64,000 bases of DNA from Candidatus Cloacimonadales bacterium (GTDB lineage: Bacteria; Cloacimonadota; Cloacimonadia; Cloacimonadales; JAFGVF01), in NCBI GenBank assembly GCA_963662585.1, contig OY759729.1, positions 2,112,001 to 2,176,000 of the forward strand. Reading direction: 5' to 3'. The position numbers were made by a program, and so were the translations under genes. The notes under the pieces are model-generated. The model did no database searches, was not told where the DNA came from, and saw nothing but the letters and a program-made list of their open reading frames with translations. Below are positions 1-9,596 of this stretch, piece by piece (positions within the stretch are counted from its first letter, which is position 1; every line of letters starts with the position of its first letter).

Positions 1-446
1 ATGACTATCTGCTACCAAGAAATAGCTCCGCTGGAGCTAAGACTTACCAATGACCATCTGCTACCAAGAAACAGCTCCGCTGGAGCTAAGACTTACCAAT
101 GACCATCTGCTACCAAGAAACAGCTCCGCTGGAGCATCGGAAAAGAACATCCGGTAACCCAAAATAAACCAAATATTTATATTTACTCCATAGGAGTAGT
201 TTCTTGGTAGTCGAAGATTGAACAGAAAACTTCTTCGCTCCGTAGGTGCGGTTTCTTGGTAGAACAAGATTGACCACCACATAAACCCCTTCGCACCGTA
301 GGTGCGAATTTAATCAATCAAATAGATATTTATTATTATATTCAACAATATTTATAGATTAATCCTGTTTCGCTCCTATAGGATCGAAACCTCTTTTAGG
401 GGTAACTTGTTTGCTACCAAGAAACAACTCCTCTGGAGCTAAAACT
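1..446. repeat. REP-like cluster: 49-bp tandem unit (2 full copies + 1 partial) plus inverted and degenerate copies of CTACCAAGAAA-n-GCTCCnnnGGAGC
   Basis: ATGACyATCTGCTACCAAGAAAyAGCTCCGCTGGAGCTAAGACTTACCA starts at 1, 50 and 99. Reverse-oriented TTTCTTGGTAG next to hairpins at ~185-210 and ~237-262. Further hairpins at ~290-308 and ~368-390, and a forward copy at ~412-446. Confidence 0.8.
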
Positions 447-1243
447 TATCATCTTTCTGCCTGTCAATTCTAAAACCCTCTTTAACTAAGTTGGGTTGTA
501 TATTTATAGTCTAAAGCCTTGGTAGGATTAGTAGCATTTTCATATTCATCATAATAGGCATTAGCAAGGAGAAATATCTCTCATTATATCATCTTTATAA
601 CTTAATTAGTAACTTAGTTTATCCTAATTAAATATTATAAATAGAAGCATCAAGCTAAAAAATAAAAGTAGTTAATTTTACTTATTAGCAGAGAAACAGC
701 TTAGATAATTTCATTTTATGATCCTTTAAATGTCCTTTTAGGAGCTTGAAGTATGCCTTCTCTTTTGATATTAACTGCTCTTCACTTGCTACTTCTCACT
801 CATTTCAAATAATAACCAAAGAATGCTTGAGAAGAGTGAGAAGGAGCATTTATAGATCAAAGGGAAAGGGTGAAGCGTGGCTACTTCTGAGTAAGAATCC
901 CATGCCTTTTTATGTGCGGTAAACTCTATAGATTTATCTTTTTCATAGTTTTACCTTTAAGTCAAACAAGTACTCTTTTCCATGATCTATAGCATTATTG
1001 GGGTAAATGTTTAACAGTCTTTTACTCTTCATAACCTTTCTTCTATCTCTTCTTTTTACTGTCTTTTGTGGCTTTGGTCTTTATTCCAAACATCATGATA
1101 AATTTATCGAATTAAAAAACTTGCATAAATTTAAAGTCTCATTTATTTGGGGTACTAAAGAATAATAAAAGAAATTGAGAGATATTTTTACAAATTATTG
1201 TAAGATAGAATTTATAATATTAAAAAAATAGTTGGGAGACAAG

Positions 1244-2572
1244 ATGAGTTTAAAAACATTTATGGGTGGAGCACATCCTCATGATTTTAAAGAATTTTCT
1301 AAAGATGCTTTCATCGAAGAATTTCCCCTCCCCAAGAAGGTAATTATCCAATTATCTCAGCACATAGGTGCACCATCAAAGCCGATTGTTAAAGTTGGTG
1401 ATGAGGTTAAAACAGGACAAGTGATAGCAGAGGCGGGTGGATTTGTTTCTATTCCGATGCACTCTTCTATTACCGGGAAAGTTACAAAGATTGCGAAGTT
1501 TCCACATCCAGCAGGAAATAGTCAGATGGCTATTGAAATTACTGGAGATGGAAAGACAGATGAATGGGTAGAATTGATAGATGAGAAGGATTATTTATCC
1601 CTTTCTATTGATGAAATGAAGAAAAGAATATTAGAAGCAGGTGTTTGTGGAATGGGCGGTGCTGGATTCCCGACCCATGTGAAGTTATCTCCACCTCCAG
1701 ACAAACCTATTGATACAGTTATTCTTAATGGTGTTGAATGCGAACCCTTCCTAACAGCTGATTACAGAATTATGTTAGAGCAAGCTGAAGACATTATTAA
1801 AGGCTTAAAGATTTTTATGAAGATAGTCAAGGCTTCCAAGGGAATTATAGGTATTGAAGCCAACAAGCCTGATGCAATTAAGCATATAAGCAACTTAGCA
1901 AGTAAAGAAAGCAACATTGAAGTTGTGGCCTTGAAAGTTAAGTATCCTCAAGGTGCTGAAAAACAACTAATCTATGCTGCAACCAAGCGTAAAGTTCCTA
2001 ACAAAGGTGGACTTCCAATGGAAGCGAAAGTTGTGGTTCAGAATGTTGGAACTGCCATTGCTGTCTATGAAGCTGTTTCTAAGAAGAAGCCTTTGATAGA
2101 GAGAGTAATCACTGTTACAGGTGGAATTGTGAAAAACCCTAAGAACTATCGTGCAAGAATCGGTACACTTTATTCCGAGCTTCTTGAAGGTGCTGGTGGA
2201 GTAAGTGAAGAGATTGGTTCTGTGATTTCTGGTGGTCCTATGATGGGCTTTGCTATTCCTACTTTAGAGACTCCAATGACTAAAGGTTCTTCTGGACTCT
2301 TGCTTTTTAATAACAAACAAGCTAAGCGTAATCAAGAAATGAACTGTATATCTTGTGCTGGCTGTGTGAATGTTTGCCCGATGAATTTGATTCCTAATAT
2401 GATAGTCAGAGCAGTAAAATATAGTGATTGGGAAATGGCAGAAAAGGCTGGTGCTATGGACTGTATGAAGTGTGGAACTTGTGCTTTTGTTTGTCCTGCT
2501 AATATTAATATTATTCAATATGTTGATATTGCTAAGTCTAAAATCTTTGAACAACGAAAAAAGGCTAAATAG
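1244..2572 (+). CDS. rnfC: Rnf electron transport complex subunit C
   Basis: QHIGAP, GMGGAGFPTHVK, NGVECEP, YPQGAEKQLI and GGPMMG motifs, plus two C-terminal CxxCxxCxxxCP clusters. ATG at 1244 after GGGAG is preferred over TTG at 1232. Confidence 0.95.
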   Translation: MSLKTFMGGAHPHDFKEFSKDAFIEEFPLPKKVIIQLSQHIGAPSKPIVKVGDEVKTGQVIAEAGGFVSIPMHSSITGKVTKIAKFPHPAGNSQMAIEITGDGKTDEWVELIDEKDYLSLSIDEMKKRILEAGVCGMGGAGFPTHVKLSPPPDKPIDTVILNGVECEPFLTADYRIMLEQAEDIIKGLKIFMKIVKASKGIIGIEANKPDAIKHISNLASKESNIEVVALKVKYPQGAEKQLIYAATKRKVPNKGGLPMEAKVVVQNVGTAIAVYEAVSKKKPLIERVITVTGGIVKNPKNYRARIGTLYSELLEGAGGVSEEIGSVISGGPMMGFAIPTLETPMTKGSSGLLLFNNKQAKRNQEMNCISCAGCVNVCPMNLIPNMIVRAVKYSDWEMAEKAGAMDCMKCGTCAFVCPANINIIQYVDIAKSKIFEQRKKAK

Positions 2573-2580
2573 GAGTTTAA

Positions 2581-3669
2581 ATGTCGAATAATATATACAA
2601 AGTATCACCTGCTCCTCATTTACACGAGCATATTTCAACTAAGAAAATAATGTGGATGGTAGTAATTGCCTTACTTCCTGCGATGGCAGTAGGAACTTAC
2701 TCCTTCGGATTCAAGGCTCTCTTCCTTACTCTTGTGGGTGGATTAGCTGCTGTTGCTTGTGAAGCCTTAATCCAAATGTGGCGTAAAGTACCAATTTCTG
2801 TTTCAGACGGTTCAGCCTTTCTAACAGGAATCTTGGTTTCCTTTAATATCCACGCAAATGCCCCTTACTGGTTACCTATTGTTGGTTCAATTTTTGCTAT
2901 TGCCGTTGGTAAACAAGTTTTTGGTGGCTTAGGAAATAATCCTTTGAATCCTGCTCTCTTAGGAAGAGCTTTCTTATTAGCTTCTTGGCCTACACTTATG
3001 ACTGATGGCTGGAAGCATACCCTTAAAAATTCTATTAGTGGAATCTCAGAATCTACTATCGCTAATGTGCAGAATATGTCTAACATTGCTTATACAAAAA
3101 TTACTTCTGCAACTCCCCTAAATGTTATTAAATCAGTTAGAGATGTCGATATGTTCTCCGATGCTGTTGACCCAAGCTTAGTCCAACACACTATTTTCAA
3201 TGGTTTACTCGATTGGCCTTCACTCGGAAATCTCTTCTATGGGAATATCGGTGGTTGTATTGGTGAAGTTTCTGCTATTGCTCTTTTAATTGGTGGACTC
3301 TTCTTAATGATGAAACACATAATCGATTGGAGAATCCCTTTCTCTTATATAGGAACAGCTTTTGTTCTCGCTTGGGCTTTTGGTGGAATCGATGGTCTAT
3401 TCTCTGGCGGAATTCAGCTTCCATTATTCCATATTCTTTCAGGTGGCTTGATGCTTGGTGCTTTCTTTATGGCAACAGATTATGTTTCTACTCCTGTTAC
3501 TAAGCGTGGAAGAATTATCTTCGGTATTGGTTGTGGTGTCTTAACTATCACTATCAGAATCGTTGGTGGCTACCCTGAAGGCGTCTCTTACTCTATTCTC
3601 TTAATGAACCTTGCTACTCCACTTATTGATAAATGGACAATGCCTAAAGCATTTGGAGAGGTGAAATAA
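2581..3669 (+). CDS. rnfD: Rnf subunit D
   Basis: KQVFGGLGNNPLNPA, FMN-binding SATPL, GGCIGEVSA, GAFFMATD and YPEGVSY motifs. Polytopic membrane protein. Confidence 0.95.
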   Translation: MSNNIYKVSPAPHLHEHISTKKIMWMVVIALLPAMAVGTYSFGFKALFLTLVGGLAAVACEALIQMWRKVPISVSDGSAFLTGILVSFNIHANAPYWLPIVGSIFAIAVGKQVFGGLGNNPLNPALLGRAFLLASWPTLMTDGWKHTLKNSISGISESTIANVQNMSNIAYTKITSATPLNVIKSVRDVDMFSDAVDPSLVQHTIFNGLLDWPSLGNLFYGNIGGCIGEVSAIALLIGGLFLMMKHIIDWRIPFSYIGTAFVLAWAFGGIDGLFSGGIQLPLFHILSGGLMLGAFFMATDYVSTPVTKRGRIIFGIGCGVLTITIRIVGGYPEGVSYSILLMNLATPLIDKWTMPKAFGEVK

Positions 3670-4238
3670 TGAAGTATTATCTTAAATTAGGTATTATCTT
3701 ATTTGTAACTTGTGCCATTGCTACTGGTATTTTGGCCTATCTAAACGGCTTAACTGCTCCGATGATTAAAGAAGTAAAAGATAAAGAAGCTAAAGAAGCT
3801 CAATTAGAAGTTACTAAAGTTGATGAAAATGATTCTACTCCTTATACCTTTGAAGCAAGATTCTTAGACTTAGATATCAAGGGTGATTCAGTCTTCTATT
3901 TTGTTGCTTTTAATGAAGACAAGGAGAAAGTTGGTTTTGTTATGACTGCCACTAAATACGGCTATTCTAGCAATGTCAAGACAGTTGTCGGACTCAATAA
4001 CGAATTCAAAATAAAGAAAATTAAAGTGATTGATCAAGCTGAGACTCCTGGTCTTGGTGCTAAATGTGTGAATGCTGATTTTGCTCCTCGCTTTGCTAAC
4101 TTAGGAGTGAATGAACTCAAAGTTGATAAAGATGGTGGGACTATTCAATCTATCACAGGTGCAACCATTACTACCAGAACAATCAGCAACTCTATCAAGG
4201 AATCTCTGCAACTTCTAATGGAAAAGGAGGCTAACTAA
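3669..4238 (+). CDS. rnfG: Rnf subunit G
   Basis: N-terminal TM segment, ETPGLG, flavinylation motif ITGATITT. Confidence 0.93.
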   Translation: MKYYLKLGIILFVTCAIATGILAYLNGLTAPMIKEVKDKEAKEAQLEVTKVDENDSTPYTFEARFLDLDIKGDSVFYFVAFNEDKEKVGFVMTATKYGYSSNVKTVVGLNNEFKIKKIKVIDQAETPGLGAKCVNADFAPRFANLGVNELKVDKDGGTIQSITGATITTRTISNSIKESLQLLMEKEAN

Positions 4239-4837
4239 TGAGTGCTATGAAAGAATTCACTAAAGGCTTTATTAAAGAGAATCCAGTATTTATCTTGGTT
4301 CTCGGTATGTGTCCAACACTCGCTGTTACCTCTTCAGTTCAAGATGCTCTCGGAATGGGTCTATCAGCCACTTTCGTTCTTCTCTGTTCCAATATAATCG
4401 TCTCTTTAATTAAGGGAATCGTTCCTACTAAAATCAGAATCCCTATGTTTATCGTGGTTATTGCTACCTTTGTTACTATCGTTGATATGGCAATGGCTGC
4501 TTTTATGCCACCACTTCATAAATCATTAGGACTCTTCATCCCCCTTATCGTGGTGAATTGTATTATCTTAGGAAGAGCTGAAGCTTTTGCTTCCAAGAAT
4601 AATGTCTTTATGTCTATGATTGATGCTTTGGGAATGGGACTAGGTTTCACCTTTGCTTTAGTAGTTCTTGGAACAATTAGAGAATTACTCGGTGCTGGTA
4701 AAATCTTAGGTTTCCCAATCCTTCCTCAAGCTTATCAAGATAACCCAATGTTGGTTGCTATTTTAGCTCCTGGTGCTTTTATTACTTTAGGATTTATTCT
4801 TGCAGTTATCAATCTACTTAATAAGAGAGGTAAATAA
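4238..4837 (+). CDS. rnfE: Rnf subunit E
   Basis: ENPVF..LGMCPTLAV and FIPLIVVNCIILGRAEAFA motifs. Confidence 0.95.
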   Translation: MSAMKEFTKGFIKENPVFILVLGMCPTLAVTSSVQDALGMGLSATFVLLCSNIIVSLIKGIVPTKIRIPMFIVVIATFVTIVDMAMAAFMPPLHKSLGLFIPLIVVNCIILGRAEAFASKNNVFMSMIDALGMGLGFTFALVVLGTIRELLGAGKILGFPILPQAYQDNPMLVAILAPGAFITLGFILAVINLLNKRGK

Positions 4838-5436
4838 TGGAATTATTAAGTCAAATAATGATCATGGCCGTCGGTGCCATATTTATAAACAACTTCGTCT
4901 TAGCTAAGTTTCTTGGAATCTGTCCTTACCTTGGTGTTTCCAAAAAGTTGGATTCAGCCTTGGGTATGGGAATGGCAGTTATCTTCGTGATGACTATGGC
5001 TTCTGCTATCACTTGGTTAATTCAAACTTATCTACTAGTACCTTTTAAAATAGAATATTTGCAGACTATTGCCTTTATTCTTACTATCGCATCTTTAGTG
5101 CAATTTGTGGAAATGGTCATTCAAAAGAATGCTCCTGCTCTCTATAAATCACTTGGTGTTTTCCTTCCTCTAATCACTACAAACTGTGCTGTTCTCGGTG
5201 TGGCTATTCTTAACTTAACTGCCGATAACGGACTTCCTTACAACTTTGGATTTTCTATTCTTAATGGATTCTTCTCTGGTGTTGGTTTTACAGTTGTCTT
5301 AGTGCTTATGGCAGGAATTAGAGAGAAACTTGAATACGCAGAACTTCCTGCTTCAATGAAGGGTATGCCGATTGCTCTCATTATTGCAGGTTCAATGGCT
5401 TTAGCTTTTCTTGGCTTTGCCGGCTTAAAGTTTTAA
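4837..5436 (+). CDS. rnfA: Rnf subunit A
   Basis: NNFVLAKFLGICPYLGVS and FLPLITTNCAVLG motifs. Confidence 0.95.
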   Translation: MELLSQIMIMAVGAIFINNFVLAKFLGICPYLGVSKKLDSALGMGMAVIFVMTMASAITWLIQTYLLVPFKIEYLQTIAFILTIASLVQFVEMVIQKNAPALYKSLGVFLPLITTNCAVLGVAILNLTADNGLPYNFGFSILNGFFSGVGFTVVLVLMAGIREKLEYAELPASMKGMPIALIIAGSMALAFLGFAGLKF

Positions 5437-5439
5437 GGA

Positions 5440-6438
5440 GTGATGATGATAGAAACTATATTAATACCAATTGGTGTTGTAGGTGGATTAGGACTGCTCT
5501 ATGGCTTAGGCCTAGCTGTTGCTTCTAAGAAATTCCATGTGGAAATAGACCCTCGAGTAGAACAAATTATTGGTGTCTTACCAGGAGCGAATTGCGGTGC
5601 TTGTGGAAAACCAGGTTGTGCTGGCTATGCAGAAGCAATCGTTACTGAAGGTGCTCCTCTTAATGCTTGTGCCCCAGGTGGAGCAGATACTGTTGCTCTT
5701 ATTGCTGGCATTATGGGTCAAACCGCTACTGCAGGTCAGAGAAAAGTTGCTTATATTCATTGTGCAAGTGGTGGCACTAAAACTACCAAACTTAAATATG
5801 AATATCAAGGCATCTCAACTTGTAAGGCTGCTGTGAATGTTTCCCAAGGTCCAAACCTCTGTACTTTCGGTTGTGTAGGACTCAATGACTGCTTTGATGC
5901 CTGTCCTTTCGATGCTATAATTATTGATGAAAATAACCAAAGAATTATAGATGAAGCTAAGTGTACTGCTTGTGGAGCTTGTGTCAAAGCTTGTCCACGC
6001 AATCTTATTGAGCTTATTCCAGAAGATAAAGTTGTAAGAATCGACTGTTCTTCTCACGATTTTGGAGCTCTTCCAAAACAAGTTTGCGGTGCAGGTCATC
6101 CTTGTATCGGTTGTGGTATCTGTGCCAAGAATTGCCCTGTCGATGCTATTACTATGGATGGACAACTTGCTGTTATCGATTATGAAAAGTGTATCAATTG
6201 CGGTATCTGTGCAACTAAATGCCCAACTAAGGCTATTGAAGATGCTCTTAAAGGAATGCGAAAGAAAGCCTATATTACAGACGAAAAATGTATTGGTTGC
6301 ACTATCTGTGCTAAGAAATGCCCAGTTGGGGCTATTACAGGAAACCTAAAAGAAGTTCATCATATCGACCAAGATAAATGTGTTGGCTGTGGTATCTGTG
6401 AAGAGAAATGTCCTAAAAAAGCTATTGAAATGAGATGA
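5440..6438 (+). CDS. rnfB: Rnf subunit B (polyferredoxin type)
   Basis: N-terminal TM, LPGANCGACGKPGC, and multiple CxxCxxCxxxCP ferredoxin motifs. Last gene of the CDGEAB operon. Confidence 0.93.
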   Translation: MMMIETILIPIGVVGGLGLLYGLGLAVASKKFHVEIDPRVEQIIGVLPGANCGACGKPGCAGYAEAIVTEGAPLNACAPGGADTVALIAGIMGQTATAGQRKVAYIHCASGGTKTTKLKYEYQGISTCKAAVNVSQGPNLCTFGCVGLNDCFDACPFDAIIIDENNQRIIDEAKCTACGACVKACPRNLIELIPEDKVVRIDCSSHDFGALPKQVCGAGHPCIGCGICAKNCPVDAITMDGQLAVIDYEKCINCGICATKCPTKAIEDALKGMRKKAYITDEKCIGCTICAKKCPVGAITGNLKEVHHIDQDKCVGCGICEEKCPKKAIEMR

Positions 6439-6441
6439 TAA

Positions 6442-6626
6442 CTGGGAATGTGGACATCCTTGTCCGCATCTTATAATAATAAAAAAAACTTAATCATAAA
6501 AAACCCCTTCTAATTACAGAGGGGGTTGTTTTTTTTATTCTCTTTTAAAGATAATACTTGCAGGGTGATCCGTGGATAGATTCTCTTCAAATATTTAAGA
6601 TGCCTGCAAGATGCAAGCATTCCCAG
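6442..6626. repeat. Inverted pair of CTGGGA-type REP-like palindromes
   Basis: CTGGGAATGTGGACATCCTTGTCCGCATC (6442-6470) and reverse-oriented GATGCCTGCAAGATGCAAGCATTCCCAG (~6599-6626). Related copies at 43480-43509 and 43575-43604. Confidence 0.6.
6498..6536 (+). terminator. Intrinsic terminator of the rnf operon
   Basis: AACCCCTTCT-loop-AGAGGGGGTT followed by a T-run, with an A-run upstream. Confidence 0.75.
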
Positions 6627-6913
6627 TAATTTGTGTAAAAGTTTTCTTTCTTCAAAACTCTGTGAAACTCTGTGTTAAGGTTTTTCTTCCTGTAATCAGT
6701 GTAATCTGTTGCTAAAGCTCTTTCTCTTCATCACAACTCTGTGTTAGGATACTCTCCTATACCTTCATTTTACTATACTATAGCAATATATATTACTAAT
6801 TACTCTTTACATATAGTCAAGCAAATAAAGTTAAACTACCAAAATTACAATTTTATTCTTTTTTATATCTACTCTCAGACTAAATCACATTTTATTTCTT
6901 TCACACAAAAAGC

Positions 6914-6941
6914 TTGACATTTGAATCCAATCTAATATGTT
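6914..6941 (+). promoter_or_regulatory. Sigma70-like promoter of the methyltransferase gene
   Basis: TTGACA-16nt-TATGTT upstream of the AAGAGG RBS. Confidence 0.45.
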
Positions 6942-6969
6942 AAGTTAACTTTGAATCAAGAGGTTTGAA

Positions 6970-7911
6970 ATGATTAATTTTTTAATTAGATTATTTTCTC
7001 AGCTAAAGAGCAATTGTTCTTTATCCTATGAAGGTAGTTGGGATGGAGATTTCTGGGGGACAGGGATTCTGAATAACAATGATGTGTCATACAGAGTCGA
7101 CAAAGGGATTACTAGATTTGTAACAGAGAATATGGAGACTTGGGGAGATTCAAAATCTGTAGAAAGCTCACTATCTTCATATCTTGAGTTTCATAAAATG
7201 AACATTGATGATTATATTCATAGTATCTTTAAGGCCTATTATGATAATGAGAAGGCATTATTAGAAAACATATCATGGATTAATGAAATTGTTTCTGATA
7301 ATAAACACATTTTGGAGATTGCTTGTGGACCAAGTGGAGGATTATCCCCTTTAATCCTGAAGCAAAACCCTAATGCAAAAATACTGATGAATGACTTAAG
7401 CTTTTTTATTCTGAATCAATGGAATTTAATTAAGAAGAAGTATGATTTTCATAATCTATATTTCTCACTTTTTGATTTAACTAATTCTCCTTTAAAAGAC
7501 AAAACATTTGATATTATCACAAGTATTTTGGCTTTTGAAAGCACTTGCAATCCAAGTAAAGCTATCCAAGAAAGTTATAGAATGTTGAAACAAGATGGAG
7601 TGCTGTATAGTAAAAATTTCGAATTTACTAAAAATACTAAGAATCAATTTTCAGATAGCTTGTTCAAAGCAATCTTGCAGGAAAAAGAAGTAGCTAAGAT
7701 ATTTAACCCACAGGCTTTAATTACTATTTTAAAACAGAAGAAGACAACATCAATTTTAACGGATTTAAATTATTGTGGTTTTAGAATTAAGGATTATGAA
7801 ACTATCCAGCAATTAACAATCTTACCTGAAGAAAGTGAGATTGCAAAAGCTCTAGCATTATTTGATATTTCTTTGGAATCTGAATATATTAAAATCAAAG
7901 CCATTAAATAA
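6970..7911 (+). CDS. Class I SAM-dependent methyltransferase
   Basis: ILEIACGPSG motif I, MNDLS, DLTNSPLKDKTFDII and ESYRMLKQDG motifs. Confidence 0.8.
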   Translation: MINFLIRLFSQLKSNCSLSYEGSWDGDFWGTGILNNNDVSYRVDKGITRFVTENMETWGDSKSVESSLSSYLEFHKMNIDDYIHSIFKAYYDNEKALLENISWINEIVSDNKHILEIACGPSGGLSPLILKQNPNAKILMNDLSFFILNQWNLIKKKYDFHNLYFSLFDLTNSPLKDKTFDIITSILAFESTCNPSKAIQESYRMLKQDGVLYSKNFEFTKNTKNQFSDSLFKAILQEKEVAKIFNPQALITILKQKKTTSILTDLNYCGFRIKDYETIQQLTILPEESEIAKALALFDISLESEYIKIKAIK

Positions 7912-8375
7912 GTATTCCTCTTATAGTTATAGGTATATGGTACAATGTCTGTTCGCTTATTATCCAATTTTGTTAGCATGTTAGATTTTCCTATGAATCA
8001 TAAAAGTTTTGAACTGTAAAGACCGCGAATACAGCTTTTTCTATGGCTCTCTGTTAAGTAGAGTGGCTACTAACTATAATTCTTAAGAAAAACTTCTTTT
8101 TTAAACTTTCAGCTAATGGCGGACGAAGACATCCAGACTGTGAAAAAGAAATAATCTATCCACGGATTTCACTAATTACACTAAGATGTAGATTAACAAT
8201 TTATGGAGTTGCATAAAATCTCTAAAATTAATAAAATCATTATTGTAATTAAGCCAATCTTTTGAAGTTTCATCCTTATCTCCCACCTCTTTTTATATAT
8301 AAGACTTTTAATCTTGTATTTTCCTGCATTTTTTAATCAATACTTAATCATGACTCCTACAAACATTAATATGAG

Positions 8376-8404
8376 AAAAGCCCTGATAGGTTTATCAGAG
8401 CTTT
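8376..8404 (-). terminator. Terminator downstream of hsp20
   Basis: AAAAGCCCTGATA-ggtt-TATCAGAGCTTT hairpin. Confidence 0.55.
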
Positions 8405-8438
8405 ATCTTTTATAGCTTATTGTTTGTTATGTGGAGTC

Positions 8439-8855
8439 TTATTCGATAGTAATCTGTTTTGCAGGTTCAATCTGTTTTTTCTTGATAATTAGATCAAGAA
8501 CCCCATTGTCTAGTTTCGCTGTGATGTTATTGCCTTCACAATTTTCAGGAAGAGACAAAGTTCTCATATATTTTCCTGAGAATCTTTCTTCTCTATGAAT
8601 TGTAGCATTTTCGACTTTATTCTCAACTTTCTTTTCAGCTTCAATAGTTAACTGATTATTGTTTAGCGATACTTTTATATCTTTTTTGTCAAAACCTGGA
8701 AGGTCGGCCTTGATAATAAATTCATTTTCATTTTCAATAATATCAAGAGCCATCCTTCTAAAATCATTAGCTTCAAAACCATTCATCAACTCATCAAACA
8801 ATGACCATGTTGGTGTGTTATTTCTTGTTCTTAAGAAGTTCATAATTTCCTCCAT
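8439..8855 (-). CDS. Hsp20/alpha-crystallin small heat shock protein
   Basis: DIIENENEFIIKADLPGFDKKDIKV, ERFSGKYMRTLSLP and AKLDNGVLDL motifs. The true start may be the MNF codon at 8843. Confidence 0.93.
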   Translation of the reverse strand: MEEIMNFLRTRNNTPTWSLFDELMNGFEANDFRRMALDIIENENEFIIKADLPGFDKKDIKVSLNNNQLTIEAEKKVENKVENATIHREERFSGKYMRTLSLPENCEGNNITAKLDNGVLDLIIKKKQIEPAKQITIE

Positions 8856-8919
8856 ATTTATTATTTTATTAAACTCTGTAATATTAAAATAACTGATAGA
8901 AATAAAAAAGCAAATTTTT

Positions 8920-8946
8920 TTAGCAGTTATTTGTTATGACTGCTAG
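8920..8946. promoter_or_regulatory. CIRCE-like element (HrcA operator) upstream of hsp20
   Basis: TTAGCAGTT-N9-GACTGCTAG versus consensus TTAGCACTC-N9-GAGTGCTAA. Confidence 0.7.
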
Positions 8947-9170
8947 TTTATTCTAAAAATGTCTATTTTACAGGCTTTTGCTATTTAATTTTTTTCGTTA
9001 TCGGTGAATCTACACCTTATTTGATTAGGGTCATTTTGTGCATCTCTTCTTTTTCCTTAGCTTTTAATTTATAGAAATAGACTCCTGAGCTAACCTTATC
9101 CTAGCTTGGTTATCGCCATGCCAAGTAATTTTATGCTTTCTTAAATCCTGCACTTCGTTAACAACTAGAT

Positions 9171-9309
9171 TTAACCCAAATAATGCAGTATATCTTTTAG
9201 AATAGCATTATATTCATTTGCTAAAGCATTTTACATAATTTCTCAGAGTATATATATTATAGGCTGATAAATTCTGTAAAACCTTTATCAAAAAGAATCT
9301 GTTCTCTTC
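9171..9309 (+). repeat. ~140-bp degenerate direct repeat, copy 1 (partner at 13455-13593)
   Basis: Shared blocks TTAACCCAAATAAT, AATAGCATTATATTC, CATAATTT, AAATTCTGTAAA and GAATCTG..CTCTTC, in the same order and spacing. Confidence 0.75.
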
Positions 9310-9497
9310 TGTAAAGCTCTATTGCACCAGTGGGGTTTAAAGAATCTACAATATTATTCAAATTATTAGTTAGCAATAGTTATATTAGATTCCTCACAAA
9401 CTTTAGGTCAATCAAACAAAATTGTATTACATTTAGAAAAGTGCTAACTAAATAAATGATTGTTTATTTTGCATCCAAATTCACTTAATGAGCTATT

Positions 9498-9524
9498 AAA
9501 AAAAGCCTCGCATTTTCGCGAGGC
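9498..9524 (-). terminator. Terminator of the gingipain-like gene
   Basis: A7-GCCTCGC-loop-GCGAGGC, giving a U-tract on the minus strand. Confidence 0.7.
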
Positions 9525-9596
9525 CTTTATATTTTTTATTTTAGTGAAAGTAACACTCCTTGTATCCCTCTCAAAGAGAGGGATAACAAGGTTTGT

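Noticed and set aside
1..135. CRISPR array
   Set aside because: The 49-bp units are near-identical end to end with no unique spacers, and no cas genes are present.
61..282. 73-aa ORF on the minus strand
   Set aside because: Lies entirely within palindromic repeats; no RBS or recognisable domain.
2264..6349. Short alternative-frame and antisense ORFs within rnf genes
   Set aside because: Shadow ORFs of well-supported genes.
9433..9447. Second CIRCE (AGTGCTAA)
   Set aside because: Only a half-site, with no matching TTAGCAC arm at N9 spacing.
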